From Marsupella aquatica (Eukaryota; Plantae; Marchantiophyta), in assembly GCA_973895155.1 (NCBI GenBank), contig OZ316895.1, positions 14,886,816 through 14,950,815 of the forward strand: DNA of 64,000 bases, in the 5' to 3' direction. Shown piece after piece: positions 23,363 to 35,655 of the stretch (the stretch's first letter is position 1; each line of letters opens with the position of its first letter). The translations under genes and the position numbers were made by a program. The notes under the pieces were generated by a model. The model saw nothing but the letters and a program-made list of their open reading frames with translations. It was not told the DNA's origin and did not search any database.

Positions 23363-26300
23363 GCCCCCCTTGGCTATATAGTGGTAACTATGTAGACAAT
23401 GTAAACTAGACCTATCATATCATGCTGATAGAGTATATATGATATGGGTACAAGCAAGGTAGACTGTCTCGTTAAAAAAACTTTATCAACTCTAGCTAAA
23501 TAAAAACTCTACCGGTGTAGCAGAGAAAAAGTTTGAGTGCTAAAAGAAAAAAGAGTGCAGCCTAATAGTCCTCGTCGTAATAAGTATCAATACTATATAA
23601 AGTCAGATGCTATAGTAAATCAAGCTTCAACATCTGTCTCAACAGTAAGTCGTTAGTATCATCAATCATGGTGTAGCAACAGCTTCCACGGTCATCATAC
23701 ATTGCACGCTCCGCAGTCCAATCGCCTGGCAGTGTCGATGATGAACGGCTGGCGATAGTGATTTGGTGAAGAGATCCCCAAAGTTTTTTGTACTTGAAAT
23801 CTGCAAAATGTTGATCTCTGTTCCATGTAACTCATGGGTGTAGAAAAACTTCAGAGCTATGTCCTTTGGTTGCCTTTGATGAATCATTTCGTGATCTGCT
23901 GTATACATGTTGCATTATCCTCAAAGAGATTAGTAGGCTTCGTTAGTGTTGGTAGGCCGCATTTAGTATTGATGTGATTTATAAAAGATCGTAACCAAAC
24001 GGCTTCACAACTAGCCTCATGTAGAGCTAAAATCTCTTAGTGATTCGATGAGGTTGCTGTTAGGGTTTGTTTCACGCTTTTCCAAGAAAAAGCGGTACCC
24101 CCTATAGTAAAAACATATCCGGTTTGGGATTTTGCGGTGTCAGTGTCGGAGAGATATCCGGCATCCGCATATCCTGTGAGTTCATGGTTTGCACCGAATG
24201 GTTAAAATAACCCGGTATCAGTGGTGCCACACAGGTACCTAAATATGTGCTTAACTCCATTCCAGTGTCTGGCTATGGGAGTTGCACTGTGCCTAGCTAG
24301 TAAGTTAACTGCAAATGCAATGTCTGGTCGGGTCTAATTTGCTAAATACATTAATGCTCCTATCGCGGAAAGATATGGGGTTTCTGGTCCTAATAGTGGT
24401 TCGTGTTCTTCGCGCTTGCAAAAAAATCAGTGCTGTTTTCTAATGAACGTACCACCATTGGAGATGTTAATGGGTGTGCTAAGTTCATATTGAATTGTTT
24501 TAGGATCTTTTCAGTTTGTGTTGTCTGATGGAGCATCATGCCAGTAGGCAAGATCTCCAATTGTAAGCCTAAGCAAAAGTTTGTATGGCCAAGGTCTTTC
24601 ATCTCAAATGTTGTTTTGAGACGGGTAATAATATCTTCTGTAATTTGGGGTGTCCCAAATATGTTTAAGTCGTCGACATAAATAGAGACGATGACATATT
24701 CGTCATCCACATGTTTAATAAATAAACATGGAGTAATTGCATCATGGGAAAAATCCATGAAAATCATCTCATCAGTGAATCTTTGATGCCATACTTTGCC
24801 ACTTTGTTTCAGGCCATATAATGCCTTCAACACGCGAATAGCTAGTCCGCGGCGAGTATGTCGTACGGCTGACACAGGGGTGTCATTTTGATGAGTTATA
24901 TGTGTAGATGACACACGAGGTGTAACTTGATGTGTTTGGTTGATAATCTTATGTAAATATGGAATATGCGATGTAGCGCCTTGAGCTAAAGCTCGACGAT
25001 GTTCCTCCAACTTGAGAGGTGATCGCATGTATAGACAAGTGTCTAAAGTTCCATATAGATATGCGGTCGCGATATCCAGTTGTCGCATCTTAAGTTTGTG
25101 GAAAATGGCAAATCCGATAAGGTATTGAAATGTTATGATGTCCATAACCGGTGAGTAAGTTTCATCATAATGGATTCCCGGTTGTTGGGTAAATCCTTTC
25201 CCTACCAGACGTGCTTTGTGGCGTACAACCTGGCCTTTATCATTTCTTTTGCGGACGAAGGTCCACTTGTAGCCAATGAGGTGTATGTCTCTCGGTGTTG
25301 GCTCAACTGGACCAAAAGTGTGTTTGCTTACTAGGGAACTAATTCTCCATTGATAGCTTTTTGCCATTCAGGCCAATCTGGTCTGTTTTGGCATTCTAAG
25401 ATGGAGATTGGTTCAGGTGTATCGTCATTGATATGTGTTGCCACCATTAATGCAAAAGCATCATCTATTGAAGTAGTAGTTCTATCCCATATTGCACCGG
25501 TGTGTGCGTAGTGGATAGAGATCTCTTCATGAGTTGTAGAGTCAGTATGATCTACGTCAGGTGAAGGAGGGATAGATGAACCACGTCTTCTTGGTTGTTT
25601 ATCTTTTGATCCCAAGGGTCTACCACATTTGGCACGAGGCTGGGATGTACTTGCTGGCTCACTTGATAATTCGATGCGAGCGGATGCTCTCGCAGCTGGA
25701 ATATGTGAGCGAGTAACTTGTGATGTATCGACAAAAGCGTCGGGAAGTTCTTCCACAATCTTGTGGAGTTGCAAAATTCGCTGAACTTCTTTCTCCCCTT
25801 GATTTGTTCTAAGGTCTTGCCAAAATGGCGAATGTCTCTCCCACTCCAAAGGTGGTAGTGGGTGTTCAGGGGTTATGAGTGGTGGATAAATATGTTCATC
25901 AAAATGGCAATCTAAAAATCTGGCTTTAAAAACGTCGCCTATTGTAGGCTCCATATATCGGATTATGGACGGTGAGTCGAATCCGATGTATATCCCCAAT
26001 GTCGTTGGGGTCCCATCTTGGTTCGTTTGGGTGGAGTAATGGGGACCATTACTTGACATCCAAATGAACGAAGGTGGGATAGATCGGGTTTGGTACCGTT
26101 AGCAATTTGGTATGGACTATAAGTATTAAAAGCTGATGGGCGATATTGAATTAATGCGTTAGCCTGTAATATGGCATGTCCCCATGCTGAGACGGGGAGT
26201 TTCGACTGCATTAGTACGTAGTGGGCGTGCAATTAGCTGAAGGCGTTTAATGACAGCTTCAGCTAATCCATTCTGGAAATGCACGTGGGGTACAGGATAT

Positions 26301-26947
26301 TGCACATTGATACCTAGTGATGTACAGAAGTTGTCAAATGTTTCAGATGTGAATTCCCCTGCATTGTCCACCCTTAGTGTCTTAATGGGGTGATCGGAAA
26401 ATTGTGCCTTCACGCGCAAGATTTGCGCCAGGATGTGAGGCATAACCATGTTCCTCGTTGAAAGCAGGGTCACATTTGACCATTTGGTTGATGCGTCGAT
26501 CAGTACCATGAAGTAGCAAAATAGTCCGCTCGGTGGGTTCATTGGCCCGCAAACATCCGCGTGTATGATGTCCAGGAATTTTGGTATCTTGGTTGGCAAT
26601 TTTGATGTTGTGGGCCTTGTTATTAATTTGTCGCATGAGCATGCAGTGCATGGGGTGCTAGCTGGAATGTGGCGTATATTGGTTGGAATGCCGCGTGAGT
26701 TCTTAATAATTTTTCTTAGCATGGATTAACCGGGGTGGCCAAGGCGTGCATGCCAAAGCGTGGGCAATTCACTTGGTTGTGCATTGTTATGCAAACATTC
26801 AATTTGAGTTACATAAAACCCGCATGGGTACGAGAAAAGAGTCTCTTTAATGATTTTCCCCGTAGGGGTATTTTTGACCAAATGGATTACTTCCTGGTCT
26901 TTTGTATCGCCTGTTTGGACGTGGAGTCCATTTGCTCGTATATCCCT

Positions 26948-28728
26948 AGTGGTGGCCCTCCCACCACGTGCCCGTCCAAACTCGTTTCTCAGCCTTGAAA
27001 CAAGTCGAACCTTGCACTAACACGGAATGTTGGGGCAAGTTCTCCCCGACTATACTCCTTGTCGTTAGCGACCCCTCCCATACGAAGCCGCATTTGCCCT
27101 CGTCAGCACAACCGTTGCTCCGGTCTTTGCTATCTGCACAAGCAACCAACCAACCGGTAAGAACTTGTCTTGATCTCGGAACTCCCAAGACCATTGTCTT
27201 GCCTCAAGCTCAACAGTCGTTAGTAAGTAGGTCAGCGGATAGAGCCTCCCAGGCCCGCATGGCCTTGCCATAAGCTGAAACTAAGGTCGACATCACTATT
27301 CGTCCAAAACAGTCTATCTATCGGATGTCGCCCAAGCTTCCCCACTTTCTACCCGTCAATGGCTGACCGCCCTGCCTCCAGGACATGCCCATGGCCCAAA
27401 CTCAGTTTGTCACAAACTAGTAGTAACACGCCGAGACCATTCAGTTTCTAGATCTTAGTCACCTCTCTGCGAAACCGGGTTCCGCTCAACCTCTCACCAT
27501 GCATCGGGACCAGATCTCAATGGCAGCCCCCAGAGTCTACTTGGTTCTACCTCTCCAACATCAGGTCCCCGTGGGAACCAAATGCGGTTTGGTCACTGTT
27601 CGACTTCGGTAAGAGGGACACCCCCCATTGCAAGCCTCAAAACCAAAATCATCCAATGCACAATCAGAGAGCACCATGAGGTATCTTTTTTCATTAGCTT
27701 TCCAATGAGCCCAAGAACTCCCCCAACGGAGATCCGGTCGTCGAGTTATGTTTGTTTCCGCTTCAAAACTCGAAACGATGTATCTTCGTCGATCGTGATC
27801 AGCTCAAGCTCAAACTTGAGAAGACCACTCCCCTCATATATGCTTCTGGGGGCCTGCCACCCCCGGACCAGCTTTGGTCCCCTATCTTTGGCCCCCTACC
27901 CGAGGGTCCGTGGGCCCCGCCACTTAGCTCGAAACGAAGATAATCGAAAACCTTCCGTAACTTGGCCTCGAGCGCAAATTGTGGCATAAGGGGCTAAAAG
28001 TTACGGCCCTAACCCCGCTCTGGTCCAGGCAACCCCCCTGGTCCAGGAAACCCCCTCTTGGTCCATCGATGCGCGGCGACTCTAATCGAGTCTAAATCGG
28101 TCATAATTTTTGGCCCCTAGGTCCGTTGGCCAAAAAATATGCGGCCCCATGATCGGGCTCATGTGGGGCTTCTCAGGCCCCTATGGTGATCCGTTGGAAA
28201 AATAGTTCATTTTTCCGGATCGGCAACGGGCCCAAACTACAAGCATGCGGCTTGAGTCGGCCATAACTTTTGGCCCCTGGGTCCGTTGGCCGAGAAATAT
28301 GCGGCCCCATGATTGGGCTTATGTGGGGCTTCTTGGGCCCCTATGGTGATCCGTTGGAAAAATAGCTCATTTTTCCATGATCGGCAACGGGCCCAAACTA
28401 CAAGCATGCGGCTTGAGTCGGCCATAATTTTTGGCCCCTGGGTCCGGTTGCCGAGAAATATGCGGCCCCATGATCGGGCTCATGTGGGGCTTCTTGGGCC
28501 CCTATGGTGATCCGTCAGAAAAATAGTTCATATTTCCATGATCAGCAATGGGCCCAATAAAGTTAATTGGAGCGCGTTTTTCTCAAGTCTTGTCCTTGCT
28601 CTTACTGGCCTCCTCTTTGTTAGTCGCATCCCTAATGGCCATGATGGTAGCAAATCTAAGAGGGGCTCAACGCTGGAGTTAGGCAACGCCAGAGCAATTA
28701 CGAGTAGGTGAAAGTTGTATTCGCGACT
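26948..28728 (-). mobile_element. 1781-bp nested insertion, most likely a Gypsy-type solo LTR with AGT...ACT termini and a 5-bp TSD (TCCCT)
   Basis: TCCCT occurs at 26943-26947 and 28729-28733. Removing the insert restores the copia frame RNLLSF|RDIRANG. There is no coding domain. On the - strand a TATA-like CATATATGAGGGG lies near 27842-27830, with tandem repeats upstream of it. Confidence 0.8.
28097..28557. repeat. ~160-bp tandem repeat, ~2.9 copies, inside the nested insertion
   Basis: GGYCATAAYTTTTGGCCCCT starts at 28099, 28259 and 28420 (periods 160 and 161). Confidence 0.95.
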
Positions 28729-30976
28729 TCCCTAAAACTTAGGAGATTACGGGTTGCGTTCGGGGCAAAGATAGCTGATTCTGTCTGGATTTCTGTACCC
28801 TGCGGAAGTCGAATAGAAACTGGGCCGAAGCCCTCTTTTATCTAGCTAGGACCATTGATAGTGGTCAGTGGTCTACTTGAAGGTGTGATCTTGTGGAAAA
28901 GGGTTCTATCCCGAAGGATAGTATGAGTAGTTGCGCTATCAGTAATGCATGTCCTGGGACTATTTAGGTCTGGGGTTATGGAGCTACTTGCCACTAAATG
29001 TGCCTCGGGTTGCACAGGTGTGTCTGAAAAATCTTGAAATAAGTCTCTGGATTCCATAAACGCCCCGTGGGTCTCACGGGGTGGTGCCCTAGGGTTTTGG
29101 CCATCTTTTAGGGATTGTTGGTATAAATCTCTAAGATACTGTGGAATCCTACAGTTGCGGGCCAGATGGTTGGTCATGCCACATTCGTGGCATCTTGGTC
29201 ATTCTCGCTGTGGTCGAGGTTGAGGCTGATCACTTCGGCGGTCATTCTGGTATCTCCTTCCACCTCGTCCGCATCCTCGGCCGCATGTGAAGTTGTTGCA
29301 AAAACTCTGTTGTTGTGGGCGCCCATTTGGGCGACCTCTAAAGGCCCGTTGAAATGCACCGCGCTGCGGGCGTTGGTTGAAGAAACTCCCCCTGTGGGGG
29401 GTGTTTCTCCTATTGCCATTCTTGGTGCGCTCAACACCCTGCCTTGATGTGGAGGGTCCAGCGTGGTCTATGTGATGTATTTCTTGTTGTGGTCCTGGGG
29501 TTAGCGTGCCCGCAGGACGTTTCCTGGAGTTAACTAAAATGAGCTCTTGGTTCCCATCTGTGACTAGGAGGTGGGCGATAAGCTCTGAGTATTGGGAAAA
29601 CTTCATATTCCTGTACTGCGTTGATAGAAGCACGTTCGAGGAGTGGAACGTGGACAAGGTCTTTTCTAGCAAGTCCTTGTCCGTGACTGGTTCGCCACAG
29701 AGTGCAAGGGTTGAAGTGATTCTGAATAGCTCACTATTGTAGGTGAGATGGATGTGAAATCCTGGACCCGTAGGTTTAGCCATTCTTGGCAGGCTCTAGT
29801 TAGTTCGACCAATTTCTGGTGGTCGAATCGAGTCTTAAGCGCTATCCATAACTCGCGAGGGGTTGAGAGATGCATGTATTGTCTCTGCAAGAACCTATGG
29901 ATATGACGTCTAAGAAATACTAGGGCCTTTGATTCATTGGCCTTGGTTAACGGGTCTAGTTGGGGTTCGCCTGCTAGTATGGGTTGAACTATTCCTATAG
30001 CTGGGAGTAGGGTTAAATAGGTCAGGTTCTCCTTGAGGTTCATGGACCACTCGAGATAATTGTTACCATCGATGTCTAAAGCTGGGAAGGTCAATTTCTC
30101 CAGGTTGGCCATCTAGGGTTGCTATGTCACTAGCTTTCTAAGTTCTTTTTAATGGTAATTGGGGCGTATATACTAGTACGTATAGTAAAAGTCGACAAAG
30201 CACATTTATGCGGCATGCAGGGTGTGTCTTGGTGAAGAGGGCATGCAAATCTGGAATTCAATTTTTAGGGTTTGCACTTAGGATTTAGGTTTTCCTTGTT
30301 ATTTGGTTAACTGCAAAGTTTCCTTTGTATTTTCTCTTTCATTTGTTAAATTGTGCAGTAATGGAGTTTTGCAGTTTGTGCAGTTATGGGTGATTATTTA
30401 CTCATACCCCGGTTAAGTGCACATGCGGCTATGTAAAGTGAAGTTTTATTTGTTATGTGGTGCAGTTATGAAGGTTTTGCGGTTATGTGCGCTTATTTGG
30501 TTAAGTGCAATGTTTCCTTTGTATTTGAAATTGCTTTGACGGATTTTGCAATTATGGAGGGTTATGCACTTAGCGGGTGTTTCGAGGGTTCCTCGATGTT
30601 TTGACGTTGTTTGTTATGGGATTTGTTGATGTGCCATCCTACACCCGAGCTCCTTTGATCAGATTCGTTTCTCCTTCAGGTTTGTCTCCAGTTTTTGGTC
30701 TCAATGGTTTTTCCTTTCAGTTGGCTGGATCAATCCCGAGGTCGTCACTTGTGTCTTCGGATTTTAATCGGTCTTCCTCTTTTCTCTTTGGGAAAGATTT
30801 TCTTTGTTTTCCTTTAATCTCTGCAGCGGTTCAATTTGTAACCCTTCTGCGCTTACTATTCTCCTTGATTCGACAGTTTCTTCCTCTGATCTTATGTTGT
30901 CCCTCAAAATCTTGTCTTCCTTCAATTCGAGTTCTTTCTTGCTACTTTGTTTCGCTCCAAACGACCAAATGCTACA

Positions 30977-31248
30977 ATATCGTCGGACCAGAAGAGACAC
31001 ATATACGATAGCACTCCACAACAACTATGTCGGACAATGTCGTAGCATTGATGCATCTGTATCTAACGAGCCTAAACACTACTTAATCTAGTCTGGAGAT
31101 TCATGTCGAACGATGTCGTAGCATTGATGCATCTGTATCTAACGAGCTTAAACACTACTTAATCTAGTCTGGAGATTCATTGCCTCGGTCTCCCCTATTA
31201 ATTCTACAAAGGAAATAGAATCTAGCTTCGAGAGGGTCCACAATTTCT
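30977..31248. repeat. Copy 2 of the 18544-18757 repeat, with an internal ~75-bp tandem duplication
   Basis: Collinear match to 18544-18757. ATGTCGTAGCATTGATGCATCTGTATCTAACGAGCYTAAACACTACTTAATCTAGTCTGGAGATTCAT is present twice. Confidence 0.88.
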
Positions 31249-31271
31249 AAGAACCTTGCATTAAGGTCAGG

Positions 31272-31434
31272 AGTGAAGGCGGGTACGTCATGAAAATATT
31301 TGTTTACACACGAAAAGTGAAGGCAGGTACGTCATGAAAAGATTTGTTCACACACGAACAGTGTGAAGGAAGGTACGTCATGCAAATATTTGCTCACAGA
31401 CCAAAAGTGAAGGCAGGTACGTCATGAAAAGATT
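31272..31434. repeat. ~44-46 bp tandem array, ~3.6 copies, each containing TACGTCA
   Basis: GTGAAGG..GGTACGTCATG units start at ~31272, 31316, 31360 and 31406. Confidence 0.92.
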
Positions 31435-31468
31435 GAGAGTATAGATCGACCAAAACTCCAATGAGAAA

Positions 31469-34400
31469 TATATATATCAAACTGCCAAAAAACAGAGGGC
31501 GCCGAACCGGGAGACATGATCCCTCAGGAAAAAGACCCAATCAAGGGGGGAGACCACCAAGGGGCCAAGAAAAGCAAACCCAAAGATAGGAACCCAAGCG
31601 CCTACCTATCAGCAAACTGGAGAGCCTAGTAAAGCTCCGGTGTGAACTGCATGGGGGGGTCAAGCAAAGGAATCCTACTAGCGGCCCTAAGACCAACAAC
31701 CTCCCCCCTACGAAGAATAGTGAACGCCTGTGCCCGCTGAAGCGCAACAGACACCCTCTGTCTAAAGAATGCAGTGATGACCGACACAGGGGGATAGGGC
31801 CTCCGCTCGACGTACTGAACTGCGCAAGAGCAAAGAAAACGGTCAAAGGATGAGTGGAGCGCCCCAAAGTCCTCCACCGCAAATGGATAGAAGAGGTCCC
31901 CGGGGTACCGCACAGCATAGGCCTCCTCCTTCAGCCGAACTGCCCTCGCGGCGGCATGGCCTGGTATTGAGCCGCCGAAGCCACATTGGCCCCACTAGTC
32001 GGATCAGCAACAACGACATCCCCAAGGGCACGAACACCAGCGCGAGAGAATACCAAATTTTCTCGACGATGATCAGAAACCCCATCCCATGGAGGTAACA
32101 CATGTCTCTGCTCCATCATGACATGGTAACCAGAATCACGGGCAATGGCCGCCACCACGTCCCGAATGTTGTCGTGTGTCGCAGTCCTCTCACTACCATG
32201 ACCGCACCTGAGAATGTGAATGCCTTGCCCATCAAGGGGCGCTCCACAGACGCAAGTGGGCTGACCCAAGAGGCAAGGGTGAGGAAGACCCAACCGAAGG
32301 TGCGTGGATGTGGTAAAAATAAAAGAACTCATACGAAAGGGGGCCCAAAGAGGACTCGCCGATAGCCAAGCCCCCGAACCAGCGCCCGAACCGGATAAAA
32401 GACGTGCCCGTACCAAATCCGAGGGTGCCTCAGAAAGCATGCTGGAAAGGGTGTGTCGGTGCATGCGATCATAAATCACCTGTTGGACTCGATCCGGGCT
32501 GTCCATAACAACTCCCTCGAAAGCAGGGACCACGCTCTGCACGTCCTCCGGCAATAATGACCGTGCATGACGAAGCTGGACCTGAAAAGGGAGAGCTCTG
32601 TTCTCCACTCCCATGACCGAGTCAGAGAGGATAGGCCGAAGGTCCACAATGAAGCATGAGGCCAGCCAGGGCAGGGGCCACCTGCGCCCAACTACCAAGA
32701 AACGTGCAAGGGGCAGTGTCCACTGCCGAGGTCACCCCCATACCACCTCCCGATGGGAGTAACGCAGCCTGCCTAGCCGCAAAAGAACCATCCTCTCCAT
32801 CAAGGGCTCCCGGACCAATGAGGTGACCAAAGACTCTCATCACAGTGGTGTCAAATGAAGAGAGTAAGGACAGGAACATCGTGGTAGGAGGGACTGTCCG
32901 GAGAAGATGGGAGGGACGCCGAACAAAACAAAGGACCAGGATCAAAAAGGAGATCTGAGCATCCCCCAAGGACGCCAACTGGTCAATGTGCAAAACATCT
33001 TGGGATAGGGCTGCTAGAAGAAAATCCTGCTCAAAGACCGCTCCCCCGAAAGGCACCCCAAGGACTCTAATGCCCTCAAGCCGAATGGGTATACCAAGAG
33101 GTGGGGTGAAAGAGTGGGGGAGGGGGAGACGAGACCAAACCCCACACTTCCAAGGCTGAACTGAAAGACCAATGAGGGTAAGCTAGTCCACAAAGTGGGA
33201 ATAGGCGTCCCCAACAAGTGAGACCGGGGCAACAATGTGAGTGTCATCCGCAACAGAAGGAAACATGCAACCCGGGAAGGCAGCCAAAGAGGCACGAATA
33301 GCACGAAGGTGCACCATAGCAAACAACGCCCCACCAAGGGGGTCACCCTGCCTAGTCCCGGACTCGGATGAGATGGTCACATAGGACCCAGGAACAAGAT
33401 GGTCAGGGTAAACCAGGGGGGTCGGGGCCCCATAGAAGGCCCGGGCAAAGGGGATGAGGGATGCGATCTCCCCTCCAGCAGCCCGCAACTCCTCAACATG
33501 ACCCGACGGGATACAGAGTTGAATGCGTTAGCCACATCCACCTGAATAACCGCCCAGTCGGGGTGGATATCCAAGATGGCACAAAGGCCATGCACCACAC
33601 TCTCGCAACCGCCAGGGTTGGCCACACCAAACTGGTGAGGAAAAAAGTGTGATGAAAAGGGAGCCCGAGTTTGCAGACAAACACAACGGCTCACCAAGCG
33701 AAACAAGACCTCCCCGATGGCCAAGGGCTTGACACCCCCAATCTCTTTGGCCATAGCCAGAAGCCAACAGGCCCCCAAAAGCCGAGCGACCACAGGAGGA
33801 ATACGGCCCCCCGCTACATGCGCACAGACCAGGAACAACTCAGAAAAACCAGATGCCGAGTCGTCGGGACAAAAGCAATCGCGTAGGTGCTCGAACCTCA
33901 TCCCAGAAATCCCGCCCGCGGATAGGCGGGGTAGATGGAGGAAGACAGAGGAGAACACCTCACGGGATAGGGAGAACTCGGTCTCAGGGGTAAAGCTCCC
34001 GAGAAAACAAGGAACCTCGGATGCAGCCGGGGGATGAAGAGACCGTAAGGCAAGAACGGTCTTGGCTGAAGGAGGAGAGGGGGAGAGGGGGACCAAGGAG
34101 CGGGCGGCCCGAGAAAACTCCCCCGCCTGTCCCAATAGAAGGCACTGGCGAAGCCTGCGCTGCACTAGAGGGACGGATGGCTCCTCAACAGGCTCAGAGG
34201 TCCGAGGGGCCATCGCTAACAACCTATGGTAATACTCCTCATGAAGCGAAGCCCAATCCCCAGAAAGGAACCGCTGCAACCGGACCAAGGTCTCCCTATG
34301 CCCGGACGGCCCCCCCCGCGGAGGAAGGACCAGCACCCAATGAGGGAGCAGGAGGAGCAAGGACCAAGCCCCAACATCTGAGGGGTCGCGAGCCAAGCAG

Positions 34401-35655
34401 TCGAAGGGAAGACAAAAGGCTCTCTGAAGGAGAGGCCGCACGGGCACGGGAATCCTAGTAAACAAACGGGGATGCTGGAAACCGGGATAGAGGGCAGCAA
34501 GGACATCAAGGTGAGCCAACCAATCCCAAGAGGAGGGAGGGGGCCCAGATGGAGGTGGGGGGAGGACGGGGGGTGGAGGCAAGGTGGAGGAGGAAGCACG
34601 GAGGGCAGGACAGGAACGACGGTGGCGCGTCAAACCTGACGGCCGGTACCAACTATGACAAGCATCGCACTGGACATGGGGATCAGAAGGGGAAGTGGGA
34701 GGTGAGGAGGGACGATGGCGACGGACGGAAAGAGGAGTGGAGCAGGGGGAAGCCGGTGGGCGCGGAGTGGGGGGAGGGGAACTCAGAATGGGAAGAGGCT
34801 CCATGAGAAAATGAAAATATAAAACAGGGATAAAGAAGAAACATATAAAGTAGGCAAGTCAAACAAAAACAAACAGAAAATATTACGAAAGCGACAACAA
34901 AAACAAAGGCAAGGGATGGATGACCGAAGCAAAGAACCTCGACCCGGTAGTGACAACAACCGCACGTCGAAAAGGACCGCCGCAGCCCTGCGCAAAGGAA
35001 GCTGTCGCGGAGGCACCCCCTCCGGACAGAACACCAAGAAGCCACACGACAACGTGCCCCCCAGGTCACGAACCAACCCCGGCTCAGAGCCAGGAGAAAA
35101 AGCGCCAGACCCCGGGCCAGGCCAGGGCTGGTCACCAGGCTGGAGCAGAAATCCAACCAGCAGAGAAGGCTCCCAAGCACCAAAACCTCCCCGCCAAACA
35201 GAGCCGAGGGGCCCGGAAAACAGCCCCCAAAGGGCCAAAGCCAGCAGTACGGGGAGCACCGAAAGAGGAGAACCAAGGATGAAAAGCCCTAGGCCAACAA
35301 CCCACACGAAAATCCTGATAAAAGGGGGGGGGATCCGAGGGTCACCCCGGCGGAAGGAGCCCCTCTCCGAGAGGCAGGGGGTCCCTCATAATGAGGCCCC
35401 CCATAAAAGGGCCCCTACGCACGCACCTCCCTGGCTCCGCCACGCGTCAGCCCCCACAGCGCGTCAGCGCCCAGCCGCGCGCAACCCGGCTCACCCCCGC
35501 CGCGCTCGACCTCGCTCGCCGGACCCTCCCGCCACTCACTTGCTCCCCCGCTCCTCCCAACCCCGGCTCGCGCGACTGCCGCTCCGCCTCCGATCTGCTC
35601 TGCTCCCGCTTCCGCTCCAAAGAAAATCCCACTTCCACTTTCCAGCTTCCTTATT
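31469..35655 (-). mobile_element. Full-length CRE-like (RLE-encoding) non-LTR retrotransposon, frameshifted
   Basis: TSD AATGAGAAA at 31460-31468 and 35656-35664, with a short (AT)n 3' tail. A single broken ORF runs 34804 to ~31626: Zn finger CDACHSWYRPSGLTRHRRSC; RT SAGGISG, GGVKPLAIGE, VDVANAFNSVSR, GTRQGDPLG, VADD; CVCG...HILRC...THDNIRD knuckle; endonuclease-like DVVVADP and PFAVEDFG; C-terminal QRVSVALQRAQA. No APE domain. Confidence 0.9.

Larger units (their letters stand above)
23235..30180 (-). mobile_element. Decayed Ty1/copia LTR retrotransposon, Bianca-like, 5' LTR not found
   Basis: Gag ATG at 30112 (LDIDGNNYLEW), zinc knuckle CHECGMTNHLARNC, protease CITDSATTHTIL...RNLLSFRDI, WHARLGHPG, integrase IHADVCGP/LRVDNAGEF/QNGLAE, RT KARLVGKGFTQ/ALYGLKQSG/IYVDDL, RNase H GYADAGYLSD. 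Many stops and frameshifts. The domain order and RNLLSF-DI motif resemble the Bianca lineage. Confidence 0.93.

Noticed and set aside
28842-28849. Apparent end of the copia protease ORF and CTAG junctions, suggesting a deletion or a Helitron insert
   Set aside because: Translation continues past the TAG (IKEGFGPVSIRLPQG...RNLLSFR), so it is a point nonsense mutation. The true junction is at 28728/28729 and nothing is deleted.
31272-31434. CRISPR-like repeat array
   Set aside because: The intervening sequences are themselves similar, there are no cas genes, and the context is eukaryotic.
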